64,000 nt of DNA from an uncultured Anaerolineales bacterium. Lineage in GTDB: Bacteria; Chloroflexota; Anaerolineae; UBA7937; B3-Chlor. Where the stretch lies: the NCBI GenBank assembly GCA_964492135.1, contig CAZBJW010000003.1:9364-73363 (forward strand), given 5' to 3'. Of the stretch, positions 63,217 to 64,000 are shown piece after piece. The stretch's first letter is position 1; every line of letters starts with the position of its first letter. A model generated the notes under the pieces. The model worked only from the letters and a program-made list of their open reading frames with translations, made no database searches and had not been told where the DNA came from. Made by a program: the position numbers and the translations under genes.

Positions 63217-64000
63217 ATGGACTTCGCGTTGACGGAAGCGCAAGAAGCCTTCCGCGCTTCGATGCGCCAGTTTGCAGAGCAGGAGGTAGCTCCTTGGGTA
63301 CAACGCTTGGAGAGAACCGACGAGACTTCAACCGAGCTACTGGACCTGGCGGCGAAGTGCTCATTGATGGGTCTTCACGTGCCTCGAGAGTTCGGGGGTG
63401 TAGGACTAGGACACCTGTACAGAGTGATCGCAATCAAGGAGATTGCAAGGGTGTCCCCCTCGTTTGCTTTCTTGCTGCAGATGCTTCATGTTGGGATGGC
63501 ACCGATTTTGGATGCCGGCAACGCTGATCAAAGAAGTAAATACCTGGCCGACCTAGCTTGCGGCCGGAGGCTCGCGGCGTTGGCAATTACGGAGACATCT
63601 GGCGGCTCAGACCCGGCAGGGATACGGTGTCAGGCTACAAAAGAAGCGGATGTCTATGTCTTGAATGGACGAAAGATCTTCGTCACGAATGCCGGCTTGG
63701 CCGATGTATTTGTGGTTACTGCAAGAACTGGAGTGGAAAAAGGGGATGTTGGCGCCTTCGTAGTGGAGAGGGCCATGCCTGGATTCCGAGAGGGACGTCG
63801 CCAGCGAAAGTTGGGCCTCCGAGGTTGCGAGATGGGCCAAGTGATCTTCGAAGACTGCGAAGTGCCCGAAGCTAACCTGCTATCGGGCGAAAGAGATGGC
63901 CTTCGGATTGTCCTAAGAGCCGTCAGTCAGCTTGGGCGTGTGGGGGCAGCGGCTTGCGCTGTGGGGATCCTACAGGCTTGTCTTGACATCACTGCGACGT
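63217..64000 (+). CDS. acyl-CoA dehydrogenase, first ~261 codons (3' end beyond the window)
   Basis: Hand translation from ATG 63217 (GAGGGAG upstream) gives MDFALTEAQEAFRASMRQFAEQEVAPWVQRLERTDETSTELLDLAAKCSLMGLHVPREFGGVG...LAALAITETSGGSDPAG...VLNGRKIFVTNAG... It is absent from the track because no stop lies in the window. Confidence 0.85.
   Translation, partial: MDFALTEAQEAFRASMRQFAEQEVAPWVQRLERTDETSTELLDLAAKCSLMGLHVPREFGGVGLGHLYRVIAIKEIARVSPSFAFLLQMLHVGMAPILDAGNADQRSKYLADLACGRRLAALAITETSGGSDPAGIRCQATKEADVYVLNGRKIFVTNAGLADVFVVTARTGVEKGDVGAFVVERAMPGFREGRRQRKLGLRGCEMGQVIFEDCEVPEANLLSGERDGLRIVLRAVSQLGRVGAAACAVGILQACLDITAT

Noticed and set aside
1-64000. Global stop-codon reassignment (UGA as Trp, Gly or Cys) to explain the several in-frame UGAs
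   Set aside because: UGA terminates many clearly complete genes in the window (for example those ending at 851, 1359, 5528 and 16015). Only local recoding (Sec) or gene decay can apply.
1-64000. CRISPR arrays, rRNA genes, tmRNA, RNase P or SRP RNA
   Set aside because: I saw no regularly spaced short direct repeats and none of the conserved cores I know for these RNAs while reading both strands. The only tRNA-like T-arm string (GGATTCGAATCC) belongs to the feature at 9935-10019.

Overview
GC-rich, gene-dense bacterial chromosomal segment. It is transcribed almost entirely on the minus strand up to about 47.9 kb and on the plus strand after that. I could not run any searches, so every family call comes from motifs read in the supplied translations or in my own hand translations. 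There are four blocks. (1) 1-9.7 kb holds a glycine-betaine-type ABC importer joined to a three-component corrinoid-dependent demethylation system: an MttB-family methyltransferase, a corrinoid carrier and a methyl-THF methyltransferase, with a GntR regulator. (2) 9.9-16.0 kb is decayed mobile DNA: a type-II tRNA-like gene, an IS remnant, winged-helix gene fragments, a multiply frameshifted large serine recombinase and a truncated MBL gene. This block separates block 1 from metF. (3) 16.0-42.2 kb holds a metF operon followed by a large copper/thiol-redox island. The island carries CopA, six YHS/TRASH mini-proteins (including a duplicated two-gene cassette), a MacB-type ABC exporter, a PepSY protein, a NarL-type two-component system, CsoR-like repressors, TlpA-like thioredoxins, DUF1573 proteins, CcmE, a Trx-CcdA fusion, a Rieske protein and ComM. 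(4) 42.8-64 kb is organic-acid and CoA-ester catabolism, including a citryl-CoA-lyase-like, HMGL-like and succinyl-CoA-synthetase-like set, a CoA transferase and an acyl-CoA dehydrogenase. The most interesting signal is an adjacent DUF1573-like and TlpA-like gene pair (35908-37097). Each gene is interrupted only by an in-frame UGA lying in its signature Cys motif (UxxC, and C-U in place of CGC). One of the two UGAs is followed, after an 11-nt spacer, by a perfect 8-bp hairpin with a GUU loop. A paralogous pair with Cys at the same positions lies 5 kb away. This points to candidate selenoproteins. The window also has an unusually high load of plainly broken genes, so pseudogenisation or assembly error is the live alternative. 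No rRNA genes or CRISPR arrays were seen.
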